Shown: piece by piece, positions 44,153 to 53,613 of the stretch | How the letters are laid out: every line of letters starts with the position of its first letter | How positions within the stretch are numbered: the stretch's first letter is position 1 | Virus record (IMG/VR): IMGVR_UViG_3300048574_000485 | Location: 1-61,919 of that record | Length of the DNA stretch: 61,919 nt | Origin: a virus | Taxonomy: Duplodnaviria > Caudoviricetes | Direction: 5' to 3' (one strand) | The notes under the pieces: model-generated | The model's input: the letters and a program-made list of their open reading frames with translations, nothing else | Databases searched by the model: none | Told to the model about the DNA's origin: nothing | Translations under genes and position numbers: made by a program

Positions 44153-45574
44153 CTAGCCCAACAGGATGACGCACTGCTTGGGATCGAGAACGGCCACGCC
44201 CGCGAGCATGTCCAAGTTCACCTTGGTCCCGCCCGCATCGAGGTCGTACTGCATCGACACTCGCATCGCGATGTCGTTGTAGGCGCTGTAACCGCTCAGC
44301 ACGCCCATGGCGTTGTTCGGAACGGCGAGGGGCCGGGTGACCAGGGCCATCGCGTCACGGCAGAACGCCATGTTGAGCGAGCCAGCGGGGCCGGGGAAGA
44401 CCGGATCGCCGTCGGCAATCGCGGCCTCCAGCGGGCGATCCAGCCAGATCGCCTGAACGCCGGCGCCCGCCTCTTCCGACTCGATGATCGTGTAGGTGCG
44501 GCGGCTGGAGCCGGTGCCGAACGCGACCAACTGGCCGACCTGCGGGGCCTTGCCTTCGCTGTAGCCGTCCACCAGGACCTTGCCGATGTGGTTGGCGGAG
44601 AAAGCGCCGTTGGCGAGGCACTTCTTGTAGATGGTGATCGCCGCACCGGCCTCGGTGCCGTACTTGTTCGCCTCGTGGAGGGTCACGGCAGTCGTGTCGG
44701 CAACCGCCGTGGCAGCCGTGATGTAGGTCGGCTGGTCGTTGCCAGCCACGGTGGCGAACTCACCGACCGAGGCCGCATAACCGGTGACCATGCAGGCCCG
44801 CTCGCCGCTGCCGCCAGCCGCCAGGGCATTCGTCACCGTGCCGGCTGCAACGTCCACGCCCAGCATGTCGAGCGAGCTGACGTTCTGTGCCATGTAGGTG
44901 TTGAAGCCGAGGATGCGGCCCAGGATCGCGTTCTGGAGAGCGTTGCCGCCGTCCCCGCGTTCGTCGGCCTTCAAGAAGAGGTCCGTCTTGAGCATCGCGG
45001 TTTCGGAGGCCGGGCCCAGCACCAGGCTGCGGCCGGCGACCGGGGCCTTGTTCTTGTTGAGGATCTCGCGGGCTTCCAGGACGAAGTCCTTGGCGTTGTC
45101 CTTGGTCAGATTCCGCAGGCGACCGACGCGCTGCGCCGGGGTGCCGAGGAACGCGGGGCTGCGCCCGAGGACGGCGCGATCCACCGAGCGAGCGATGGTC
45201 GCCATCGCGGGCCGCAGGTAGATGTCGATCAGATCCTGGAATGCCATCGAGGCCTCGCCATCCTTGATGACGAAGCTGGTGTAGAACCACTGGTCCAACT
45301 TGACTTGGACGTTGGTGGCAGCCGCATCCTGGTGTTCCAGGCCGCTGGTGCTGTCGTTCTTGCGGCGGATCTTGAACTCGCCGGGACGGCGGGTGTTGAC
45401 GACGTCGCCGTAGCTCGCAATGCTGTTCTCGAAATCACGGTGGACCATGTTGGCCACGACCATGTTCTCTTCGAGGATGTACAGCGATTCCTGAGCCCAG
45501 ATTTCGGGGATGAAAGCGTCGTTGTCGTTGGCGTAGCAGGTGATAACCGCCGCCGAGGCGTACAGACAATCCAT
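44153..45574 (-). CDS. major capsid protein (P22 coat-like, HK97 fold) with inserted domains
   Basis: FIPEIWAQE, GDVVNTRRP, GRILGFNTYMAQN, NMAFCRDAMALVTRPL; strongly biased codon usage. Confidence 0.92.
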   Translation of the reverse strand: MDCLYASAAVITCYANDNDAFIPEIWAQESLYILEENMVVANMVHRDFENSIASYGDVVNTRRPGEFKIRRKNDSTSGLEHQDAAATNVQVKLDQWFYTSFVIKDGEASMAFQDLIDIYLRPAMATIARSVDRAVLGRSPAFLGTPAQRVGRLRNLTKDNAKDFVLEAREILNKNKAPVAGRSLVLGPASETAMLKTDLFLKADERGDGGNALQNAILGRILGFNTYMAQNVSSLDMLGVDVAAGTVTNALAAGGSGERACMVTGYAASVGEFATVAGNDQPTYITAATAVADTTAVTLHEANKYGTEAGAAITIYKKCLANGAFSANHIGKVLVDGYSEGKAPQVGQLVAFGTGSSRRTYTIIESEEAGAGVQAIWLDRPLEAAIADGDPVFPGPAGSLNMAFCRDAMALVTRPLAVPNNAMGVLSGYSAYNDIAMRVSMQYDLDAGGTKVNLDMLAGVAVLDPKQCVILLG

Positions 45575-45634
45575 TGTCTTGTATCTCCAAACGAAAAGGG
45601 GTCGCAGAAACAGACGGACAGATACCCCTGATGG

Positions 45635-46477
45635 TTAACGGCGGCCGCGCGGACGAAGTCCGAGAAGCTCAGGGTTCTTTTCTCGGAGTTCTCTGTATTG
45701 CTGAGGAGTCAGCTTGCGCAGAGCGACGCGACCGTTCGCACCCGATGCAAGGCCACCGGTAGCCGAATTGGCACCCAGACCGGAAACCACGCCACTCTTG
45801 AAGAGGTTGGCGTATTCCGACATCTCCTTCATCTTCTTGAGGATTTCGCTGGGTGTCGCCTGAATGACTGTCGGTTCCCCCGTCTGTGCGTCCACCTCGG
45901 GGAAATCAATCATGACTTTGAAGTTGCCCGAGGGCTTGCCGGTCTTGTCAACATCCTCGGCCAGCTTCGTCCAAGGACGGAGCTGTGTGACGATTTGCCG
46001 GGGGTTGTAAGCTTCCTGGCCGACCGCAGCGTCTTGGAGGGCCCGGTTGATCGTTTCCTCACGATACCGGTTTTCCCAGACTTCCGCCTTCTTGTCAGAC
46101 TCAGTAAGCCGCTGGGTGAACTGCTCTTCCAGCTGTTTGCGTTCATGGGCCAGCTGCTGTTCTTTGGTCCGCAGCTGCTTCCGCACGTCTTCCAGCGACT
46201 GCTGGAGCGTATCGCGTTCCTGCTCGCTCAGATTCCGGTTCTTGAGCAGTTCTTCATACTTGCCTTCCAGCTCGCGCATCTTGTCGGCGCGAACCTTTCG
46301 ATCCTTGGCAAGACGCTCCTCGACAATCCGGTTCACCTCATCCACGGTGAACGCCTTGTCCACAGGAGTCATGTCGTCGCCACTGGGATCCTGCGTTGGA
46401 TCCGGCGGATCGCCGCCATCGTTGTCAAAGCAGTTGAGCAGAGCGGAAGACCAGTAGAAGCCATCAGAAGAAAGCAT
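45635..46477 (-). CDS. capsid scaffolding protein
   Basis: FTVDEVNRIVEERL, long coiled coil, directly upstream of the capsid gene. Confidence 0.82.
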   Translation of the reverse strand: MLSSDGFYWSSALLNCFDNDGGDPPDPTQDPSGDDMTPVDKAFTVDEVNRIVEERLAKDRKVRADKMRELEGKYEELLKNRNLSEQERDTLQQSLEDVRKQLRTKEQQLAHERKQLEEQFTQRLTESDKKAEVWENRYREETINRALQDAAVGQEAYNPRQIVTQLRPWTKLAEDVDKTGKPSGNFKVMIDFPEVDAQTGEPTVIQATPSEILKKMKEMSEYANLFKSGVVSGLGANSATGGLASGANGRVALRKLTPQQYRELREKNPELLGLRPRGRR

Positions 46478-46580
46478 TAGAAACCTCTTGGAACAATACC
46501 CCGCAAGGAAGACAAGCTCGCCGGGCGGGTGACTGATCGGCCGAGCATGACCCGGCATCACGCCGGTAGGAGTTGGGTGC

Positions 46581-47102
46581 TTACGACACCCGACTGAATC
46601 GCATCGCGTCGTCGTCCCGCAGGAACGGCTTCAGTAGCCGCCATGCGTGAGCGCTGGGGACGCCATTGATGATGTGTTCAATTGGAAGTTGGGCGCGGGA
46701 GTAAGTGGTCCGCACCGATTCATAGCCCTGGCTGACAATCCCGAGAGCTTCCAGCTCCAGCTCGGGATCTTTGCCGTCGAGTAGCGAGTGGGCGATCTCA
46801 TAGCAGGCCAGTCGGATCGCCTCGGGCACCTCCGTGTCGGCTCCTCGGGGGAACTCCAGGGCCTGAGAGGCTTCAGCCGCCCGAATCTGCTCGGGTGCGG
46901 CATCCGGGGTGGTCTGAAGCAGCTCGTACACAGCGTGTTTCGAGCCTTTGAAGTTGAGCGTATCGATGATAATGGTCGCCCCCAGCAGAGCCTTGGGCTT
47001 GTTGGCCGGGTTGGTCCTGCTCCAGGCCTGCTCATGGAGCCGCATGGAAAAGTACTCATCGGCTTCCTGGAGCGTCCCGTAGTATTGCTGGTTGATTGCC
47101 AT
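46581..47102 (-). CDS. head-tail adaptor (gp6/gp15-like)
   Basis: YGTLQEADEYF, QALEFPR, VPEAIRLACYEIA. Confidence 0.78.
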   Translation of the reverse strand: MAINQQYYGTLQEADEYFSMRLHEQAWSRTNPANKPKALLGATIIIDTLNFKGSKHAVYELLQTTPDAAPEQIRAAEASQALEFPRGADTEVPEAIRLACYEIAHSLLDGKDPELELEALGIVSQGYESVRTTYSRAQLPIEHIINGVPSAHAWRLLKPFLRDDDAMRFSRVS

Positions 47103-47113
47103 GGTGTTGCTCC

Positions 47114-48925
47114 CTAGTCGCCTGGCCCGGTGGCAGCCCCCTCGCCGCGAACGCGTGACGCAGTGCTGTCCCGCATCGTGTTGTCCCGGCTGGCTGCCTT
47201 CTCATCCGCACCTGCGTTGGCCGGATCGGCTGAGAGGTCATCAACACCGCGCGCCGCCGGGTCCGATGGAGAGGGACGCTGGTCGACAGATGCCTGAGCC
47301 TGAGCGATCCGCATGGCGCGGTCGATATGGTCTTCGCGGGCTCGCAGATATTCGTCATCTGGGAAGCCAAGCGCGACGGACGCATTCTTGTCACCGACCA
47401 GCCCCGCATTCTTGGCGTCGATGATGGTCTTCGCGTCCGAGGTGGTGTACGGGGAGGCGTCGATCTCCTGGGAGATGGTCTCGACCGTGTCCACACTGAC
47501 CTTGCCGCCCAGAAGGGTCTGCACGACGCACTTGGCGATTTCCCGCTTCACCGTGCGGCCAGGGACGGCGAACATCAATTTGGAGAGCTTGGTTGCCTCC
47601 TCGATCCGGTCGTTGTCGGTCTTGAGGTTGTACCGATCGGGGTACTTGATCGTCGCGACCTGGCGATTGCTCGGTGTCCGCTCTTCATAAGCGGCCCAGT
47701 GCTCCGCGATCTGTCGCTCAGCGCTCTCCAGGACCAGTCCGATATAGCTCAGGCCTGCCTCCAGGCCCTGGTTGTCCATACTCTTGGACTCGGCCGAGGC
47801 TCGGGTGGCCAGATTGACGACCGCAAGGTTGACCAGCTTGCGGATGTCCTGCTCAAGCTTGGCCTGCAACTGCAACGAGGCTTGCAGCGGCTCGGGGGAC
47901 GGGTGGATGAACGCGGGAGGGTTGGCCTTGATGTCGTAGGCCCGGCCTTGGGCCGTGCCCACCCGGATGTCGGTGTCGGAAGCACCCTGGCCACCTGCCG
48001 TGGCAGTCCCCTCCGCGCTGGCAGCCACTTTCAGGTGACTGCCGACCGCTCGCATGTCCCGCTGCTCGACGTAGAACGGGAAGTTGGCCTTGAGGGCGTA
48101 GTTCACGTCGGAACTGCCCAGGTTCAGCAACGCAATCTGATGGGCACAAACGTCCTTGATCAGGCTGTCGCCAATGTCGATCAGGACGAACGGGATCCGC
48201 GTCAGCTCCAGCTCCTGGGATCCGCCAGGGTTTCCGTCGCGATCAGTCGGGTTGCCATCGGCATCGTAGAACTGAAGGTTGACCCGGCGGGTGCCAGGAT
48301 CGATCCACATCAGCCGGTGCCGTGCACCCGTATGAGTTGGCAACCCAGTCGTCTGGTCGTAGTTCAGCACCGAATCTCGAAGCAGGACTGCCTGAAACTC
48401 CGAGGGGGCCTCGGGACGCGTACAGGCCCAGGAGAGGATGTCCTCAACTGAGTAGGCATAGAGGTACGGGCGGCTGTCTCCGACATCGGCCAGGGTGGCC
48501 GGGCCGGTCAGCACCGGCGCGTCCACGAAAACGCCCACCTGTCCCATGCACAACAGATCGGTCAAGATCTTCCGACCGAGGAAGGCGTTCATGTTTGAGC
48601 CGCGACGGTCTACTCCGAGGTCCAGACCACGAATCGCTTTCTGGTAGCTGTCGCTTCCGCCGGAGCGAACCACGTCGCCCATCCGTTGAAAGATGCTGTT
48701 GCGAATGTCGTTGATGGCGGTCTTGGCGAAACCTGGAATCGGGGTCATCTTGCGACGGGATTCAAAGTCTTTTTCGTCCTCCCGGTGTGTGAATCGTTCC
48801 AGGTATCTGCCTCGGAAGATCTCCCCGCCCTCGTAGGACAGCCGCCACTTCTCCCAGTCGGCCATCCTGAGCAGGTAGTCAGGATGTCGACACTTGACGA
48901 TCATGGAGATGTTGTCTGCTGCCAT
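47114..48925 (-). CDS. portal protein
   Basis: RHPDY...W...YEGG, RPYLYAYSVEDILSW, LTRIPFV; follows TerL. Confidence 0.85.
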   Translation of the reverse strand: MAADNISMIVKCRHPDYLLRMADWEKWRLSYEGGEIFRGRYLERFTHREDEKDFESRRKMTPIPGFAKTAINDIRNSIFQRMGDVVRSGGSDSYQKAIRGLDLGVDRRGSNMNAFLGRKILTDLLCMGQVGVFVDAPVLTGPATLADVGDSRPYLYAYSVEDILSWACTRPEAPSEFQAVLLRDSVLNYDQTTGLPTHTGARHRLMWIDPGTRRVNLQFYDADGNPTDRDGNPGGSQELELTRIPFVLIDIGDSLIKDVCAHQIALLNLGSSDVNYALKANFPFYVEQRDMRAVGSHLKVAASAEGTATAGGQGASDTDIRVGTAQGRAYDIKANPPAFIHPSPEPLQASLQLQAKLEQDIRKLVNLAVVNLATRASAESKSMDNQGLEAGLSYIGLVLESAERQIAEHWAAYEERTPSNRQVATIKYPDRYNLKTDNDRIEEATKLSKLMFAVPGRTVKREIAKCVVQTLLGGKVSVDTVETISQEIDASPYTTSDAKTIIDAKNAGLVGDKNASVALGFPDDEYLRAREDHIDRAMRIAQAQASVDQRPSPSDPAARGVDDLSADPANAGADEKAASRDNTMRDSTASRVRGEGAATGPGD

Positions 48926-48934
48926 CCTCGCCTC

Positions 48935-50602
48935 TCAGATAAACTTGCCGATGTCTTCGCCAGTCGTGATCGAAGCCGCCAGCGGCAGAGCGATCTCCGC
49001 ATACGTGAAGGAATGGGCATAGTGATCAGGGCCGGTCGAGACAAAGGTGGCAACCGCGTTGCCATCGTCTTCCGTCTCGTAGGTCCGAACCATCGCCTTC
49101 AGATGCTCGCGGTACTCCTGGGAGATGTCGCAGGGGAGAAAGATTCGCGGCGGGTCCGTCTTGAAACGGCCCAGCGCCGCAGTAAGCCAGTTGGTGCGGT
49201 CCACCGTTGCCATCGGGGCCCCGCTGTCTTCATCTGAGATGGAGATTTCCTTAGCTGTCTGCCCTCGCCGGTAGCGGCAGAGATAAACATAGCCGGGGAA
49301 CCGCCGGGCGAAACGCCGAGCCTCGTTGATCTGCGGATCGGCGTCGATGACGCAGGCCAATACCTGCCACTCGGACATCAGCTCATCGAGGATATGCCAA
49401 TCATCCTCATGGAATTTGCCGTACCAGAGCAGCTTTCCGAGCGCCGCGACGTTCAGGTCGTGGTCGAAGTGATCGAAGAACCACTCACAGACGCTGACAT
49501 AGGACCATTTTCCCTGGTCCACCCCCATCGTGATCGTGCGGCGACCACCTCGCTGGGGTCGCGGGTCTTCAATCGAATGTTTCCGGATGCAACGGTTGAG
49601 CATCTCATCAGTGACTTTTGCCCCGTCACCGATGAACGGCAGCCCGAGCTTGGAGTTGTGGAACTCCTTGTTGGCTGCCTCGTCGCCAAACCCACGGTAA
49701 TAAGCCTCGACCAGCTCACCGGGGGTGACCGTGTATGAGTACAGCTGACTGACGTGGAAGCCTCGTTTCTCAGGATTCCCGTTGAGATTCGTTGGCTCCC
49801 AGATCGCCGCGGAAAGATACTGCGGCTTCGCCTGATGTTCCAGCTTCGCCTTGCATTCCTTGCACTTCAGGTATGACTCGTGGCACCGCGGATCACTGAT
49901 GCTGTCACCGATGATTTCGATGCAGTCAGGCCAGATCAGCTCTGTCCAGCGGGAACAGGAGGGGCACGGGAAGCAGTAATGCTCCTGCGTCGAGTCAAGG
50001 TAAAGCTTATGGATCCCGTAGTTGGGGATCGTTGGTGTGGAGATCGCCCAGATCTCCTTGTGCAGCTGGCCTGACAACCGTTCGAGGGCGAGCCAGACAG
50101 CCGACTGGTCCATCCGATCCACTTCATCCAGGAACAAGGCGGAGACGGGGATGGACACCAGGTTGCTGTCGCTACGGGAGCCGCGTATGTACAGCGTATT
50201 CGCCCCCGCCTGTTTCAGATTCACCGAGTTGGTGTCGGTGAAAATCGATTGCAGGTAGGGGCTAAGCTTGAGTGCGGTGGCAAAACGTGCCTTGGAGAAG
50301 TCGCTGGCCACCGTCGCAGTCGGTAGGACGTAGAGCACGTCCCGGTGCTTACGGTCGAGAACAAACAAGGCCCGGTTGATCAACACCTCTGTTACGCCCA
50401 GCTGCGCGGCCTTCATCGCACAGTTGTACTGGGCTCGCGAGTCATGTATCTCGCGAACCCAGGGGTGAAACCTCCAGGAATACGGCCCTGGAAACGGTTC
50501 GCCCATCATGCGGCGTTTCGCCGCCCATCGAGAGCAGGTGTTCAGCGTTCGATTCTGCAGACCCTCTGCAAAAGTGATCTGGAATTCAGCAGACAGATCC
50601 AT
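48935..50602 (-). CDS. terL: terminase large subunit (lambda gpA-like)
   Basis: MKAAQLGVTE, FLDEVD, ISTPT, CPSC...CKEC, MGVDQG, PDHYAH. Confidence 0.92.
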   Translation of the reverse strand: MDLSAEFQITFAEGLQNRTLNTCSRWAAKRRMMGEPFPGPYSWRFHPWVREIHDSRAQYNCAMKAAQLGVTEVLINRALFVLDRKHRDVLYVLPTATVASDFSKARFATALKLSPYLQSIFTDTNSVNLKQAGANTLYIRGSRSDSNLVSIPVSALFLDEVDRMDQSAVWLALERLSGQLHKEIWAISTPTIPNYGIHKLYLDSTQEHYCFPCPSCSRWTELIWPDCIEIIGDSISDPRCHESYLKCKECKAKLEHQAKPQYLSAAIWEPTNLNGNPEKRGFHVSQLYSYTVTPGELVEAYYRGFGDEAANKEFHNSKLGLPFIGDGAKVTDEMLNRCIRKHSIEDPRPQRGGRRTITMGVDQGKWSYVSVCEWFFDHFDHDLNVAALGKLLWYGKFHEDDWHILDELMSEWQVLACVIDADPQINEARRFARRFPGYVYLCRYRRGQTAKEISISDEDSGAPMATVDRTNWLTAALGRFKTDPPRIFLPCDISQEYREHLKAMVRTYETEDDGNAVATFVSTGPDHYAHSFTYAEIALPLAASITTGEDIGKFI

Positions 50603-50638
50603 AATTCAGGTCGCAAGGGCTAAGCCTGCGACCTGGGT

Positions 50639-50983
50639 TTACTCAGTCGCCGGGCTCGGTGGAGAAGGGGTTCCCGTCTTGGGCTCAGCGTGGAACTGGT
50701 CGGCCTTCGGTTCGACCTTCGGCTTCACATAGGGTCGCGGAGCGGGCTTAGGAGCCATTGAGGCCGTCTGAAGAACGATGGCTCGCACACGATCATCAAC
50801 TCGCCCACGAGAGTCGCAGAACTCAGCGATGACATCGACCTCGTCGTCACACACGCCTTTCGGCAGCCGGACCGTCAGAACGGTGTGGCTGTCATCAAGC
50901 GTATGAACCGTGGTCGACTTCGCGCTTTTGACCGTGATCTTGACCAGCGGGTGCTGGTCACTCTTTGGGAGCTTGATATTCAT
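50639..50983 (-). CDS. hypothetical protein with Pro/Lys-rich tail
   Basis: AGGAG RBS; ORF precedes TerL. Confidence 0.55.
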   Translation of the reverse strand: MNIKLPKSDQHPLVKITVKSAKSTTVHTLDDSHTVLTVRLPKGVCDDEVDVIAEFCDSRGRVDDRVRAIVLQTASMAPKPAPRPYVKPKVEPKADQFHAEPKTGTPSPPSPATE

Positions 50984-50997
50984 CGTGATTGAATCTC

Positions 50998-51225
50998 CTA
51001 CTTGAAGTGGAAGTTGAATCGGAACAAACTCCAAGGGGAGAACGGAGCTGGCGTCGGGGCAGGGTACGGGACCGGATAGGGGACCGGATACGGTCTTGGA
51101 TGGTGATGCCAGTCATGATGGGGGCGATGATGTGGATGACGATGGTCACCGTGCTGGACAGTCGCCGCCGACCCAGGGGCGCACGCCGCCGCAATCAGAA
51201 GCAAGACACACAAAAGACGTTTCAT
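50998..51225 (-). CDS. small exported His/Pro-rich peptide
   Basis: signal peptide MKRLLCVLLLIAAACAPGSAA; HGDHRHPHHRPHHDWHHH; PYPVPYPVPYP. Confidence 0.7.
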   Translation of the reverse strand: MKRLLCVLLLIAAACAPGSAATVQHGDHRHPHHRPHHDWHHHPRPYPVPYPVPYPAPTPAPFSPWSLFRFNFHFK

Positions 51226-51314
51226 AAGACTCCTCACAACAAGAGACCGATGCTTGGCGGCACTCTAAGCGAGTGCCGCGAAGCATCGGTCCCGCAGAAC
51301 GCAGGACCGATGCA

Positions 51315-51752
51315 TCAATGTGAACGAAGCCAGTTGCGAAGGCCCAGAAGAACCTGGACATCATTGGTCCGCTTGACCTCGCGTCCGTTCTCACGAACCA
51401 CGTAGGTCGGGACCGCTTCAATCCGGTATCGCTCGGCCAGATCGCGGCGGGCATCAATATCGATCGAAAAGATCTTGACGCCTTGCTGCTGGAGTTGTGC
51501 GACCGTGAGCTTGTTACGCTTGCACGGGCCGCACCAGGACGCGGTGAATGCCACTACATCACGAGTGCCCATGACCACGCGGTACGGACATTGGCCGTTG
51601 GGGCAGTTCCCGTCACGGCATGGGATACAGGGGCACTGTCCATTCGGACACTGACCGTTCGGGCAACCAGGAGGGCAAGAAGGTTGCCGCGTTTGATCGC
51701 AGCCGGTCAGGATCGCGACCAGCAACAGAACCAGGAATAAGGCTCTCTTCAT
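51315..51752 (-). CDS. lipoprotein thioredoxin with CPNGQC repeats
   Basis: lipobox LTGC; Cys-rich linker; FTASWCGPC; cis-Pro AVPTY. Confidence 0.82.
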   Translation of the reverse strand: MKRALFLVLLLVAILTGCDQTRQPSCPPGCPNGQCPNGQCPCIPCRDGNCPNGQCPYRVVMGTRDVVAFTASWCGPCKRNKLTVAQLQQQGVKIFSIDIDARRDLAERYRIEAVPTYVVRENGREVKRTNDVQVLLGLRNWLRSH

Positions 51753-51756
51753 GACA

Positions 51757-52200
51757 CTACACCCGAGATGAGGCAGAAATGGAGGCAGCCGCAGCCTGGG
51801 CCTGAGAGGCAACAGACGTGCTCACAAGGGACGGATCAGTCGCCTTGACGGTGTCGGCCAGCTTTGCAGCGATTAAGGCCCGACCAGCTTCCGTTCGGAG
51901 GCGAACATCCAGTACTCGCTGAAACACCGTCTCAAATTCCTTGACGACAGCCTCTTCCCCTTCAAGGAACAGACGGGAGGTCTCGCCAATCTTGTGTGCC
52001 ATCCCGCTGTAGTCCCCGACCGAATAGTCAGTAAGGAGATCGGGGAGGCGTTTCAGGCCAAGACTGGTCAGGACCGCGGCCAGTTTGGCCGCGCCGCGAC
52101 GGCGCTGTTCGGTCTCTTCATCCTTCTGCAGCAGCCACTTGGCTGCCAGGAAACCGACCGCCACCGTCAGACAACAGATTGCAATGTAAGGGGCGCTCAC
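51757..52200 (-). CDS. N-terminally anchored membrane protein
   Basis: GAGG RBS + GTG; YIAICCLTVAVGFLAAKWLL transmembrane segment. Confidence 0.6.
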   Translation of the reverse strand: MSAPYIAICCLTVAVGFLAAKWLLQKDEETEQRRRGAAKLAAVLTSLGLKRLPDLLTDYSVGDYSGMAHKIGETSRLFLEGEEAVVKEFETVFQRVLDVRLRTEAGRALIAAKLADTVKATDPSLVSTSVASQAQAAAASISASSRV

Positions 52201-52310
52201 GACGAGTACCTCGCAAGAAATGAGACGGGCCGCCTGAGAGCGGCCCGAGATTGTGTGAAAGATAACCTGCTCGGGGCCTACCGTGGCGTGTCCGAGCGGG
52301 AGGACATCTG

Positions 52311-53018
52311 TTACTTGGCGAAGTAGGTTTCCTTCCACCACGCGATTCCGCCACCCACAAATCCGCCGCAGAGCAGCACGACCAGCAACCAGACCGGCGG
52401 CATGTCCTCCGTCATGCCTGGGCCGACAAACGGGGCCGGGCTAGGTGACGGACCTGGGATGAACGGAGGGCCGCCGTCATCGGGGTCAGGACCGGGTTCG
52501 GGAGTCGGCTCGGGCTCCGGTTGAGGTTGCGGCCGGGGGCAGGGGCCGGGACCAGGACAGGGGCCAGGTCGGGGACAGGGCCAGTTGGATCGGAAATCGT
52601 TGGCCATTCCACGGGCCAGCGAGTCGGCCGACAGCGGCAACTGAGCCCCGGCATACTCCGAAATCACCTGCCCGTCTGGACTCTGCAGCCGCACACAGGG
52701 CACTTGTTGGGTCGAGGACGCATACCTGTCGCGGAACATTACCGTGTCGGTGGTAATGACGTTGTAGTGCGTCTGCGATTTCAAGCTCTTGAGCGTGGGA
52801 TGTGAATGAAACCACTGCTGAAGGGAGACCACGCGAGCATCATTCCGATTGCCAAGGATCGTCAGGTAGAATTTCCCCTGGTCCTGCGGCAACCGGACAA
52901 CGCGTTCCTCCGCGTAGCGGACGCCATACTCGGCGTCTGTCCGATAGGTCGTGTGCTCCTCCGCAAAAGCCGCGATCGGCACGAGGAGCAATACCAGACA
53001 ATTGATGATACGTGTCAT
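52311..53018 (-). CDS. exported thioredoxin-like-fold protein with Pro-rich stalk and C-terminal TM anchor
   Basis: signal peptide ending AFA; QVPCVRLQSPDG; PCPRPGPCPGPGPCP; C-terminal hydrophobic segment. Confidence 0.6.
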   Translation of the reverse strand: MTRIINCLVLLLVPIAAFAEEHTTYRTDAEYGVRYAEERVVRLPQDQGKFYLTILGNRNDARVVSLQQWFHSHPTLKSLKSQTHYNVITTDTVMFRDRYASSTQQVPCVRLQSPDGQVISEYAGAQLPLSADSLARGMANDFRSNWPCPRPGPCPGPGPCPRPQPQPEPEPTPEPGPDPDDGGPPFIPGPSPSPAPFVGPGMTEDMPPVWLLVVLLCGGFVGGGIAWWKETYFAK

Positions 53019-53037
53019 GTTTTCCCTCCTGGGGATT

Positions 53038-53613
53038 CTATCTCTGCGGGAGTGGGGGTGCCGGGGTGTATACAGGCGTGATCGCCCACGAATTGCTGTT
53101 GTACCACTCACTCAAAAAGGTCTCGCGAGGCATCCACTTGATCTTCTCAATGCGGTTGTTGTCGAGGATTCCCGCCCACTGGTTGTCGAAGTGGACCAAG
53201 CAGACCATGTGCCTGCCGCCCATGCACGTTACCCCGCACCCTCGCCGCGTTTGGCAGGCCCATTCCAGGAACCTGACATCTCGCTTGTTTTCCGTTGAAG
53301 CGTAGCGGACGCCCGCGGAATTGAACTTCCGCATCAGGTCTTCTTCCCACTCGCCGTCCCCGTGGTTCTGTCGCCACCAGTCGGCCAGCTTCAGGTGGCC
53401 TTGCCACCTCATCAACATGATCATCGACGCATGGACGCAGCTGCCCTGTTGTTTGGGGCCCAGCCAGTTCTTCTGCCGCAGGGCCATGGGCAGGTTGACG
53501 GTTGGCAGTTCCCTGCGGATCGTCACGGGCCTCGGGGCTGTGACTGCGGACGTTGTTCCCACGCACCCGCCAAGCGAAAAGACCAGCAGCAGCGAAAGCA
53601 GAAAGTGTTTCAT
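53038..53613 (-). CDS. lipoprotein C39-like cysteine peptidase
   Basis: lipobox LGGC; RQKNW...GSCVHAS; HMVCLV; ILDNN. Confidence 0.65.
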   Translation of the reverse strand: MKHFLLSLLLVFSLGGCVGTTSAVTAPRPVTIRRELPTVNLPMALRQKNWLGPKQQGSCVHASMIMLMRWQGHLKLADWWRQNHGDGEWEEDLMRKFNSAGVRYASTENKRDVRFLEWACQTRRGCGVTCMGGRHMVCLVHFDNQWAGILDNNRIEKIKWMPRETFLSEWYNSNSWAITPVYTPAPPLPQR

